From: a bacterium
Lineage (GTDB): Bacteria > Methylomirabilota > Methylomirabilia > Methylomirabilales > 2-02-FULL-66-22
Assembly (NCBI GenBank): GCA_029580855.1
Contig: JAKPQH010000028.1
Span: forward strand, 30,940-94,939
Length of the DNA stretch: 64,000 nucleotides
Reading direction: 5' to 3'
Part shown: positions 43,061 through 51,174 of the stretch, one piece after another
Numbering within the stretch: position 1 is the first letter of the stretch
How the letters are laid out: each line of letters begins with the position of its first letter
The notes under the pieces: model-generated
Database searches by the model: none
Seen by the model: the letters and a program-made list of their open reading frames with translations, nothing else
Told to the model about the DNA's origin: nothing
Position numbers and translations under genes: made by a program

Positions 43061-43663
43061 ATGTCGGCAATGCCGGCCGCTCTGGCGGCCCTGATCGAGC
43101 ACCTGGTCCGGCTCCCCGGTATCGGTCCCAAGACGGCCCAGCGCTTGGCTTTCCACCTGCTGAAGGCGCCTCGCGAGGAGGCGGCGGCGCTGGCGGAGGC
43201 GTTGGTGGCGTTGAAAGACCGGACCCGGCTCTGCCGGCGCTGCTTCAACCTGTGCGAGGCGGAACTCTGCGGCGTCTGCCAGGACGCGCGCCGCGACGGC
43301 AGCATCCTGTGCGTCGTGGAGGAGATCAACGATCTTCTGGCCATCGAGAAGACGCGCGAATTTCGAGGGCTCTACCACGTGCTGGGCGGTTCGCTCTCGC
43401 CGCTGGACGGCCGCGGCCCGGAGCAGATTCGCATCCGAGAACTGCAGGCGCGGCTGGAGTCGGGCGGCGTCCGCGAGGTCATCCTGGCCACCAACCCCAA
43501 TGTGGAGGGGGAGGCGACGGCCCTATATCTGCTGCGCGTGCTGAAACCGTCGGCGGTGAAGGTGACGCGCATCGCGCGGGGCCTGCCCATGGGGGGCGAC
43601 CTGGAGTACGCGGATGAGGCCACGCTGGCCCGCGCGCTGGAAGGCCGTCGAGAGATCGGGTAA
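43061..43663 (+). CDS. recR: recombination protein RecR
   Basis: The 200-aa ORF has the HhH motif LPGIGPKTAQRLAFHLL, the C4 zinc finger CRRCFNLCEAELCGVC and a Toprim domain. Confidence 0.93.
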   Translation: MSAMPAALAALIEHLVRLPGIGPKTAQRLAFHLLKAPREEAAALAEALVALKDRTRLCRRCFNLCEAELCGVCQDARRDGSILCVVEEINDLLAIEKTREFRGLYHVLGGSLSPLDGRGPEQIRIRELQARLESGGVREVILATNPNVEGEATALYLLRVLKPSAVKVTRIARGLPMGGDLEYADEATLARALEGRREIG

Positions 43664-43675
43664 GGACGCGACGCC

Positions 43676-44158
43676 GTGGACACGCCCTGGGGGGACCTGT
43701 TCCTGTTCGCTGTGGACGAGGAGCGTCTGGCGGCGGTGCTGGGGCGGCTGTGCGAGGACGCCAAGGCCCGCGCCGCGTTCCTCGTCGATCAGAACGGACG
43801 GCTGATCGCGGCATCCGGAGATCGGGTCGGGCTGGACACCACCGCGCTGGCGTCGCTGGTCGCCGGCAGCATCGCCGCCACCGGCGGTCTGGCCCGGCTC
43901 ATCGGCGAGCGAGCGTTTTCGGGTCTGTTCCACGAGGGAGAACGATCGCATCTGTACATCACCGTTCTCCAAGACGGGCTGATCCTCGTCGTATCCTTCG
44001 ATCGCACCTCGTCGGTGGGTCTCGTCCGATTTCGGGTGAAGCGTGCAAGCGAGGAGATCGGCCAGGTCTTCGCGGAGATCACGGGGCGCGTCGTCGGCCT
44101 CCAGTCCGAGATCGCCCAGATCACCGATGAGGACATCGAGAACCTCCTGTCGAGCTGA
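43676..44158 (+). CDS. mglB: roadblock/LC7 domain protein (MglB-like GTPase-activating partner)
   Basis: The 160-aa ORF lies immediately upstream of mglA. It has the roadblock-like block AAFLVDQNGRLIAASGD...LASLVAGSIAATGGLA. Confidence 0.75.
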   Translation: MDTPWGDLFLFAVDEERLAAVLGRLCEDAKARAAFLVDQNGRLIAASGDRVGLDTTALASLVAGSIAATGGLARLIGERAFSGLFHEGERSHLYITVLQDGLILVVSFDRTSSVGLVRFRVKRASEEIGQVFAEITGRVVGLQSEIAQITDEDIENLLSS

Positions 44159-44167
44159 GGGGGCATC

Positions 44168-44761
44168 GTGTCCTTCATCAACTACGCGGCCCGGGAAATC
44201 AACTGCAAGCTCGTCTATTACGGCCCGGGTCTGGGCGGGAAGACCACCAACTTGCAACAGATTTATGCCCGCATCGATCCGGCGTCCAAGGGGAAACTTA
44301 TCTCGCTCGCGACAAAGACGGAGCGCACGCTGTTTTTCGACTTCCTCCCGCTGGACCTCGGGACCGTGCGCGGGTTCAAGACCCGCTTTCACCTTTACAC
44401 CGTGCCCGGCCAGGTCTTTTACGACGCCAGCCGGAAGCTGATTTTGAAGGGCGCCGACGGCGTCGTTTTCGTCGCCGACTCGCAGGTCGAACGGATGGAG
44501 GCGAACCTCGAGAGCCTGGAGAATTTGGAAGAGAACCTGGCGGAACAGAAGCAAAGCCTCGACAGCCTGCCGCACGTCATCCAGTACAACAAGCGAGATT
44601 TGCCCAACATCGTGCCGATGGTAGAGTTGCAGGCCGCCCTGAACAAGCGGAACGCGCCCTGGTGCGAATCGTGCGCCACGAAGGGGATCGGGGTCTTTGA
44701 AACGCTGAAAGCCGCCGCCAAGCTGATCCTGACCGACCTCAAACGGAAGATGGGGGGGTAA
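44168..44761 (+). CDS. mglA: Ras-like small GTPase MglA
   Basis: The 197-aa ORF is near-collinear with Myxococcus MglA as I recall it: MSFINY..REINCK.VYYGPGL.GKTTNLQ, FKTRFHLYTVPGQVFYDASRKLILKG.DGVVFVADSQ, IQYNKRDLPN. Confidence 0.9.
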   Translation: MSFINYAAREINCKLVYYGPGLGGKTTNLQQIYARIDPASKGKLISLATKTERTLFFDFLPLDLGTVRGFKTRFHLYTVPGQVFYDASRKLILKGADGVVFVADSQVERMEANLESLENLEENLAEQKQSLDSLPHVIQYNKRDLPNIVPMVELQAALNKRNAPWCESCATKGIGVFETLKAAAKLILTDLKRKMGG

Positions 44762-44845
44762 CGGCCCGCCGGTCAGGCCGGATTCGGACGCCATCCGGCT
44801 TGCAGCGGAACCCGGCTGTTGGTATAATTCGCCGCCCAACGACAT

Positions 44846-44920
44846 TCCCCGGTAGCTCAATGGTGGAGCGAGCGGCTGTTAACCGCTAGGTTGTAGGTTC
44901 GAGTCCTACCCGGGGAGCCA
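44846..44920 (+). tRNA. tRNA-Asn (anticodon GUU)
   Basis: The acceptor TCCCCGG pairs with CCGGGGA. The anticodon arm is AGCGG-CTGTTAA-CCGCT. It has the T-loop GGTTCGAGTCC and an encoded CCA. Confidence 0.9.
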
Positions 44921-44996
44921 CTCGAAACACCACGACTTGACCCACGTGACGCGTCGTTGCGTGGGCTTTCGTGTATCTGGGGGTTGTTGTTCGATG

Positions 44997-45383
44997 TCAC
45001 TGTTTCACGCTTGCAATGTACAGCTCCCGATTTCCTGGACTCGGGTTTAGACGCATCACGCGCCCCCATGCCGCGTTGCGAGTGGCGGCCGGGGTCCGAT
45101 AGCGGAGCCGAGCGATCAACCACTCGGTGATGTACCGGTGGATGAAGGCGCCGATGACCCGGCGGGCTTCATCAAGACTGGCGAACTGATGAAGGTAGAG
45201 ACACTGCGCTTTGCGGGTCCACCTGAAACGCTCGATGACGCCGTCGCCCTCGGGCTCGCCGACGTAGGCCGGCGAGATCGTCCTCCCGAGCCACCCCCCT
45301 TCGTCCTCGCCGGTATAAGCGGGCTGGGTGTCCAAAGAAATCGGGTCCGATTTAGACCGTGGTTGCGGGATCGAAAGTGACAA
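44997..45383 (-). pseudogene. C-terminal fragment of an integrase-core (rve) IS transposase
   Basis: The translation ...GDGVIERFRWTRKAQCLYLHQFASLDEARRVIGAFIHRYITEWLIARLRYRTPAA matches the end of rve-domain transposases. No DDE N-terminal part is present upstream. Confidence 0.6.
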
Positions 45384-45489
45384 CGGAACAACACCCCGCG
45401 GGATCCCCGGAAATGATCAAAAAGGCGCTTGGGTGGGCGCCCACGGTGTCGCTCAATACCCATCAACCCCGATGTCCCAGGAGGCGGGA

Positions 45490-46509
45490 ATGCCGTTTAC
45501 CATTTATGTAACAAAAGATTTTGACCAAATGAGCAAAGTCGCAGCCGAGGTTGTCGAAGCGGACATCAAAGAAAAACAGGAAAAAAAGCGTGAGTATGTG
45601 CTTGGACTTGCAACCGGTAACTCGCCTACCGGTGTGTACAAACACCTGGCGAAGGCGTTTAATGCAGGCAGGATCGACCCGCAGCGCATCCGTACATTTA
45701 ACCTCGACGAATACGTGGGGCTGCCCGGAGAAAACGCGCAACAGCGCGCCCTCCATTGCGGCTCATACAGTTATTTCATGATCTCGGAGCTTTTCGGCTT
45801 TCTCCAGAAAAAATTCCTGGAGACCAATGTTCCCTGGGGCACGCTGATTGAGCAGCACGATCTGGCCGTAGCCTTGACTAAAAAAACCACGCAGTACGTC
45901 ATGCAGGGCACGGACAAAGGAAAGGCCATTGTTATCAAAAACAACGCCACCGGGATTTTGAAAATGATCAAGGAGGACATCCTTGACGCTTACGAAAAAA
46001 AGATCGAATCGGTGGGTGGCATTGATCTGCATATCATCGGCGTGGGCGGCAGAGGACATGTGGCCTTCCATGAAAGCGGCATCCCCTTCGAGGGCAACCG
46101 GGTGCTTCTGATCAAGCTGGATGACGACACCGTTGCCAACGCGGTCAAAGACGGCCATTTCCCGTCAACGGAGCAAAGCCCACGGTATGCCATCTCCATG
46201 GGTGCCGAGCTGGTGTACAAAGCCCGCAAGATCGTTCTCCTGGCCAACGGTAAACGGAAAACCGGCCCGATTGCCGACTCCATACTCGGTGCCGTTACCT
46301 GCAACGTACCCATAAGTTACGGTCAGAAATACGCGACCAGCGGTAACTTGATCTATGTGCTCGACGAAGAAGCGGCGGCCGGCGTGCTCGCATGCGGGGA
46401 GGAGGTACAAAAAAGAGGGTATACCGTCGTTGATATGCGCAGCGTGCCCTATGAAAAGGTTTCCGACCTTGCATTCACCCGCAATCCCCTAACGAATCGT
46501 ATGGGGTGA
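45490..46509 (+). CDS. NagB/6-phosphogluconolactonase-superfamily protein (glucosamine-6-phosphate deaminase-like) with an internal insertion
   Basis: The ATG at 45490 follows AGGAGG. The 339-aa product has LGLATGNSPTGVY, FNLDEYVGL and GVGGRGHVAFHESG blocks. An extra segment (roughly TLIEQHDL...KKIESVGG) sits between the conserved blocks. GC is lower than in flanking DNA. Confidence 0.7.
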   Translation: MPFTIYVTKDFDQMSKVAAEVVEADIKEKQEKKREYVLGLATGNSPTGVYKHLAKAFNAGRIDPQRIRTFNLDEYVGLPGENAQQRALHCGSYSYFMISELFGFLQKKFLETNVPWGTLIEQHDLAVALTKKTTQYVMQGTDKGKAIVIKNNATGILKMIKEDILDAYEKKIESVGGIDLHIIGVGGRGHVAFHESGIPFEGNRVLLIKLDDDTVANAVKDGHFPSTEQSPRYAISMGAELVYKARKIVLLANGKRKTGPIADSILGAVTCNVPISYGQKYATSGNLIYVLDEEAAAGVLACGEEVQKRGYTVVDMRSVPYEKVSDLAFTRNPLTNRMG

Positions 46510-46578
46510 CGCGTCACCAGCCGGGCGCCTCACGCAACTGCCCCACCTCCTTGCAGCCGTCTTTTCGCGGGGCCGTCT

Positions 46579-47484
46579 ATGGAACGAACAATTAGCGACC
46601 TCATCAAACAGAAAGGCCCGCTGACCGGCGCGGAACTGCATACCGCCCTGGGCGGAGATCCATTCCTGCTCTGGAAGGCATGCATGAAGGCTTCTCGGCT
46701 GACAACCCGAATAGTCGGGAAAAGATTTCTGAGGCTCGACCAGAAGGTTTCCGGCTTTGCCCGGCTTTCACCGTCAATCATGCGAGAGTTCTTGACCTAT
46801 TCCGTCATCGGCCTTACGGAAGACACCGAGGGGCTTGAGCGGCGGGCTCATGAAATCCTGGCGCATATCCAACAGGTCAGCAGAAATAAGCGTGAGCTGG
46901 CTCGGAATATTGTTTCCGTGCTGGCGGGCCAGCTTGTGCATCGCGGAATAGGCATCGAAGACTTGTGTGTTCTTATTGCGGGAGACATTGTGTATGACAT
47001 GGCCCACGATGTTCCCCGCCCCGAACGCAGCACCGGCAAAATGATCCGGGGCTCAGACCTGGATCTCGTGTTCTTGCTGGATGACCGGGTTCCCGATGCA
47101 GCGGCGCAGGGCCTCGATGAGATCGTTTACCGGGAAAAATATCGCTATCTGATCAACCCTCTGATGCGCGAAGAAATCGACTACATAGTGAAAAAGCTGG
47201 AGCGGGTCCGGGAACAGGCGGCGTTTGACACGTTCAAGCGGATGATTGCCTGTAAGATTTTGCATGAAGGAGAACTGTTATACGGAAGTGCAATTCTTCT
47301 TCGGGCCGCCAAGTCCATGCTGGAAGCGTACGGGGCGACTGAAAAGCTCGCGAGGATGCAGCAAGAGGCCTGGTCGTTCAGGGCCAAGGCGGAGGAATAT
47401 CTCCTGGGCGGGCACCAGGACCGGATTGCCGACGAAGACCGCCATCTTTTTTATACGGCGGAGGAATCCGAGGAATTTGAGTGA
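46579..47484 (+). CDS. hypothetical protein with a nucleotidyltransferase-fold signature
   Basis: In this 301-aa ORF, the segment IAGDIVYDMAH...MIRGSDLDLVFLLDD resembles the G[SD]...SD[IL]D[LI] pattern of Pol-beta-type (GlnE/GlnD/MNT-like) nucleotidyltransferases. The C-terminal half is helical. It shares a strand and the lower GC with the upstream gene. Confidence 0.55.
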   Translation: MERTISDLIKQKGPLTGAELHTALGGDPFLLWKACMKASRLTTRIVGKRFLRLDQKVSGFARLSPSIMREFLTYSVIGLTEDTEGLERRAHEILAHIQQVSRNKRELARNIVSVLAGQLVHRGIGIEDLCVLIAGDIVYDMAHDVPRPERSTGKMIRGSDLDLVFLLDDRVPDAAAQGLDEIVYREKYRYLINPLMREEIDYIVKKLERVREQAAFDTFKRMIACKILHEGELLYGSAILLRAAKSMLEAYGATEKLARMQQEAWSFRAKAEEYLLGGHQDRIADEDRHLFYTAEESEEFE

Positions 47485-48135
47485 TGGTTTTTGTGTGGCC
47501 CATACCCATGTGCGACGACGCGCCGCAGCGCGTGATTTGTTGAACCACACTCCGTCTCAAAACGGAGACGCTTGAAAGGGCATAAAACTCAGGACCTGCC
47601 CATCGGAATTTGGAAGCGGTTCGGTGTTTCTCCGGGCGCGGGGGCTGCGATGAGCGCTGAGGACCTGCGCAATCTCGGGAAACTTCGCTTTGGGAGCACA
47701 AGAAGGGGGCAAAGGCAGAAGGCATGAGAGAGAGTCTGTCGCCGTACCCCGAGAGGGAATACGACAAGGTCGAGACATGCACATGATGGGAAATGGCCGC
47801 CTCTTACAATCGGCAGCCAGAGTGTTCTTGAGGGCGTTTTTCGTCTTCGGCGGTCAAGCGGAAACCGGAAACAAAGGGCACCTGATTTGCCAGACCAATA
47901 AACGGCTCTTGCAATGCCATCGACCCGTTGGCGCAAGATGGAGTTGGCCATCTGAAAGCCGAACCGGCTGCCGAGAGGCCGACACAGCGCGGTCTTCGCT
48001 CGCCCATGATCGGAAGGCGGAATGGGGATGAGCGTATATGGGTGAGATGGCGCCACATTTCATGCTGATATTTTTCGAGGTCTTCGAGAGGCAGCCGCGA
48101 TAAGACCCTGACAACAGCGTCTCCGTTACGACGGG

Positions 48136-48678
48136 CTATGCGGGCTTTTTGGCGGCGGCCGCCTTCGCTCTCGCCCGGTGGACCTGGCTGCGCGCGGTGC
48201 CCGACTGGAAACAGGGGTCGCAGTACTCGCGTTTGCGCTCGCGCCAGAACCATGCCCCGCAGCGCCGGCAGCGACGCACCCGGTGGCCATGCGCCTCGAT
48301 GAGTCGGAGCAACCCTTGGTCCTGGGCCTTAGGCTCTTGGACTCGGCTGACCGTGAGGCCGAGAGGGGTAGGCGATACTTTCGCCACGACCGGGCAGCGA
48401 ATCGCGATCCCCGTTCGGAAGAGACGGAGGACCCGCCGGTGAAAGGCCCGCGCTTCCCGCTCCCGGTCCTCGCGGGGCACCGCAGCCCACTCGGTCCCAC
48501 TCATGGGGCGGCTGAAGGCGAGGGTCCGCGTGAGCCCATCAAGCACGTCGCCGCCTTCTCCCAGGGGTTGCTGCAAGAGCCAGCAAAGAACCAGCGCCTG
48601 TCCCTTGTGGATCGCCAGCTGTTGCTTCGCCGGGAGTATCATGACGATAGCATAGCATTTGCAGCCGTATCGTCGCAA
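48136..48678 (-). CDS. hypothetical protein with a C-terminal CxxC...CxxC zinc ribbon and basic tail
   Basis: The 180-aa ORF (alternative ATG at 48642) has RRCRRCGAWFWRERKREYCDPCF followed by RARAKAAAAKKPA. I recognise no family for it. Confidence 0.4.
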   Translation of the reverse strand: MRRYGCKCYAIVMILPAKQQLAIHKGQALVLCWLLQQPLGEGGDVLDGLTRTLAFSRPMSGTEWAAVPREDREREARAFHRRVLRLFRTGIAIRCPVVAKVSPTPLGLTVSRVQEPKAQDQGLLRLIEAHGHRVRRCRRCGAWFWRERKREYCDPCFQSGTARSQVHRARAKAAAAKKPA

Positions 48679-49247
48679 GATATGTCTCGCGGCTATCCAT
48701 GCAACTACCGAGAAATATGGTACTGGAACGCAGGGTTTGACTTCACCAGTTCACACCGAGAACAGATCACGGCGCACCTGGCGCGTGACCGGGGGCCCTA
48801 TACAACTTTGCGCCCGACACCCGGCCAGCGCCACCGCCCACCGCGAGATGGCGGCGGGGCCGTCGGGATCCGGTGTTCCCCCGTTCCACGACATCCGGGC
48901 GCGATACGGGGGGAACGCCGAGATCAACTCGGCTGCAACGATTGACCTCAGCGCCCCCAACCGCGACTCCACCGGTTTTGACGACAACACCGCCGGCCAA
49001 GTTCTCCGGACGGACCGGTTACGATACAAACCGAAATGATGGGCTATCGTCTCTGGGCTCACATGACAATCGCCAAGAAATAGAGACGTTAGCGCAACTT
49101 AGCCGATTCGATGACGAGTGCAGCTTTTATCGCGGACTCGCCGACAGGGTTGCCGCAGGTTTGCACCCAGTGACCAGGCCGCTCGGACCGGTAGTGCAGA
49201 TCTACCCCCTTCCGTGCGGAGGCCGGCAGTGGTACGGTCGCACCACC

Positions 49248-49383
49248 ATGTTCCTGCACTGCCACCCGCGCGAGAAAGACGGCAAGCTCCACCGGCATAG
49301 GAGCATCGTGGAGACCCGCCGGGTCACGGGCGGGGGCGTGGTGCAGCGGCGCGTGCTCTACCTGGGCGAGATCAACAACAGCT
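49248..49383 (+). pseudogene. N-terminal 45-codon fragment of an IS1634/IS4-like transposase
   Basis: MFLHCHPREKDGKLHRHRSIVETRRVTGGGVVQRRVLYLGEINNS matches the characteristic N terminus (KDGK.H.Y.S.VE..R..GG.VVQR.VLYLGEI) as I recall it. The similarity stops at the 24-bp palindrome. Confidence 0.55.
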
Positions 49384-49403
49384 ATGCCGCGCGCGGCATA
49401 GCT
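49380..49403. repeat. perfect 24-bp palindrome AGCTATGCCGCGCGCGGCATAGCT
   Basis: Read directly from the sequence. It sits exactly where the transposase fragment ends and about 100 nt beyond the stop of the recombinase gene. Confidence 0.9.
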
Positions 49404-49500
49404 ATCGGAATACCGCGTGCCGAGCACTGCCGCGTGGCCTTCCCGCACCCGCCGGGATTCGGAGGTGCCCGGCTCCCAGTCGTGCCAGGACACGGCATAA

Positions 49501-50500
49501 TCAGAGGCTCTCCAAAAAGGCGAGCAAGGGATCGGGGGGCCGATACACCGGGCCGGCGCGCGGCCAGCGGGCGTGGCGTGGCCAAGCGCCTGCTTTTTGA
49601 GGCGCAGGTCGGCGTGCAGGTAGAGCTGCGTCGTCTCCGTCGATTCGTGCCCGAGCCAGAGGGCGATCACGCTCAGGTCCACCCCGCGTCGGAGCAGCGC
49701 CATGGCCGTCGCGTGGCGCAGGGTATGAGGCGTGACGGCCTTGTCCCGGAGTGTCGGACACGTCCGGCGCGCCGTGGCGGCATGGCGGGCGACGAGACGC
49801 TGGAGGGCATCGGCGCTGAGCCGCCCGCCGCGGGAGCTGGGGAACAGCGGCGCGTCGGGCACCCCGGCGCGTTCCGTGAGCCAGACCTGGAGGGCCGCCG
49901 CGACGTCCCGGCGGAGTGGCGTGCAGCGCGCCTTCCGCCCCTTGCCGAGGCACCGCACGTGGGCGCCGGTGCCGAGCGTCACATCCCGGCAGCGGAGCCC
50001 GGTCAGTTCGCTGTTGCGCAGCCCCGTCTGGGCGGCCACGAGCAGGAGCGTGCGGTCGCGCCGGCCGCGCCAGCTCCGGGCGTCGGGCGCCGCCACCAGG
50101 GCGGCGGTCTCCGCCTCGGTTAGGAACTCCACCGGCCCCGCGTGTACCGTTTGCTCGGGGTGGCGAGGATCTGCTGACAGTGGAGCGCGAGGGCCGGCTC
50201 TTGGAGCGCCACGTACCGGGCGAAGGCACGGAGGGCACACAGGCGGTTGTTACGGGTGCGGGGATCGTTGCGGCGCTCCCGCTCGAGGTGGTCGAGGAAG
50301 CGCCCGAGGAAGGCCGCATCGAGATCGGCGAGGTGCAGCGCGGACGGCGCCCGGCCGAGCGCCGCCGTGGCGAACCGGAGCAGCAGGCGGAAGGTGTCGC
50401 GGTAGGCGACGATGGTGTGCGGGCTCGCGCCGAGCTGCCCGAGCAGCCGATCAGTGAAGAAGCGCTGGAGCAGGGCCGGCGGGCCGGCGGCGGGGCTCAT
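49501..50500 (-). pseudogene. tyrosine recombinase (RIT-element RitC-like) disrupted by two frameshifts
   Basis: The gene is split across three frames. The N-terminal SAM-like domain (LLQRFFTDRLLGQLGASPHTIVAYRDTF...) is in one frame, with a shift near 50130. The catalytic domain (TGLRNSEL, GKGRKAR, HTLRHATA, LGHES, LYLHAD) is in a second, with a shift near 49545. The tail YRPPDPLLAFLESL is in a third. Confidence 0.7.
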
Positions 50501-51174
50501 CGGTCCCCTCCCGGCCACCGCGCCAGCGCGCTCGCCGTGGCCACCTGCAGGAGTTCCGGGATCGCCTGCAGGTACCAGTAGGTGTGGGCCGGATCGCTGT
50601 GCCCGAGGTACGTGGTGAGGAGTGGGAGCAGGTGCGGGACGTCCTTGCCCGCGCGGTACCATTCCAGGAGCCGGCACGTCGCGAAGGTGTGCCGAAAATC
50701 CTGGAGCCGCGGTCCACGGCCAACGGTCCCGCGTGCCGTGCCGGCTCGCAACCCCACGGTGCACGACACTCGCGCGAAGGTGCGGCGGACGGTCCCGGCC
50801 TCCAGACGGGTGCCCTGCTCCGAGACCAGGAAGGCGGCGGTCTGCGGCGGGGGCTGGCGCGTGGCGCGCCGGGCGGCATAGGCGGCCAGGGCCGCCTGCG
50901 TCGAGGCTGCGAGCGGCACCAGGCGCACCTTGCCGAACCTCGCGTGCCGGACCGTCAGGACCCCGGCCGCCAGATCCACGTCCGTTACCTCAAGGGCCAG
51001 CGCCTCGCCCGGCCGCAGCCCGGTGGCCGCCAGGAGCCCGAGGAGCGTTCCCAGGGTCCGGGCCCGCCACCCGGTGGGCGAGGGCAGGCGCGCGGCGGCG
51101 GCCCGGAGCTGGGCGATCTCCGGGTCGGTGAAGATGTGCGGGGTGGGCCGGCGGCGGCGCCAGCTCGGCGGCAT
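50497..51174 (-). pseudogene. tyrosine recombinase, 5'-truncated (catalytic domain only)
   Basis: The 225-aa ORF begins inside the protein ([19 protein letters not shown]). It has the catalytic R ([10 protein letters not shown]), HxxR (FRHTFA), GH (LGHSD) and Y (TYWYL). Its stop overlaps the next recombinase start (ATGA at 50497-50500). Confidence 0.65.

Larger units (their letters stand above)
44921..51174. mobile_element. mosaic island of mobile-element debris and foreign-looking genes downstream of tRNA-Asn
   Basis: The island starts right after the tRNA-Asn gene. It contains an rve-type transposase fragment, an IS1634/IS4-like transposase N-terminal fragment and two decayed tyrosine recombinase genes. 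A visibly lower-GC block spans about 45.4-48.1 kb. The right edge abuts a truncated GH94 gene. No flanking direct repeat was found by eye. Confidence 0.5.

Noticed and set aside
40793-43378. An 861-aa minus-strand ORF. Similar long antisense ORFs occur at 56587-59220, 54778-56565, 21775-23352, 9849-11480, 1298-2398 and 36133-37104.
   Set aside because: All lie opposite well-supported genes (dnaX/ybaB/recR, hsdR, ftsH, pckA, the TPR gene, atpD, gyrA). Their translations are low-complexity Arg/Gly/Pro/Ala strings. High GC suppresses stop codons in the antisense frames.
48679-49247. ORFs 48751-49062 (minus strand), 48659-49039 and 48178-48945 (plus strand) between the zinc-ribbon ORF and the IS fragment.
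   Set aside because: They mutually overlap in different frames, have no motifs or ribosome-binding sites, and look like decayed or non-coding island DNA. This stretch may include the left end of the interrupted IS.
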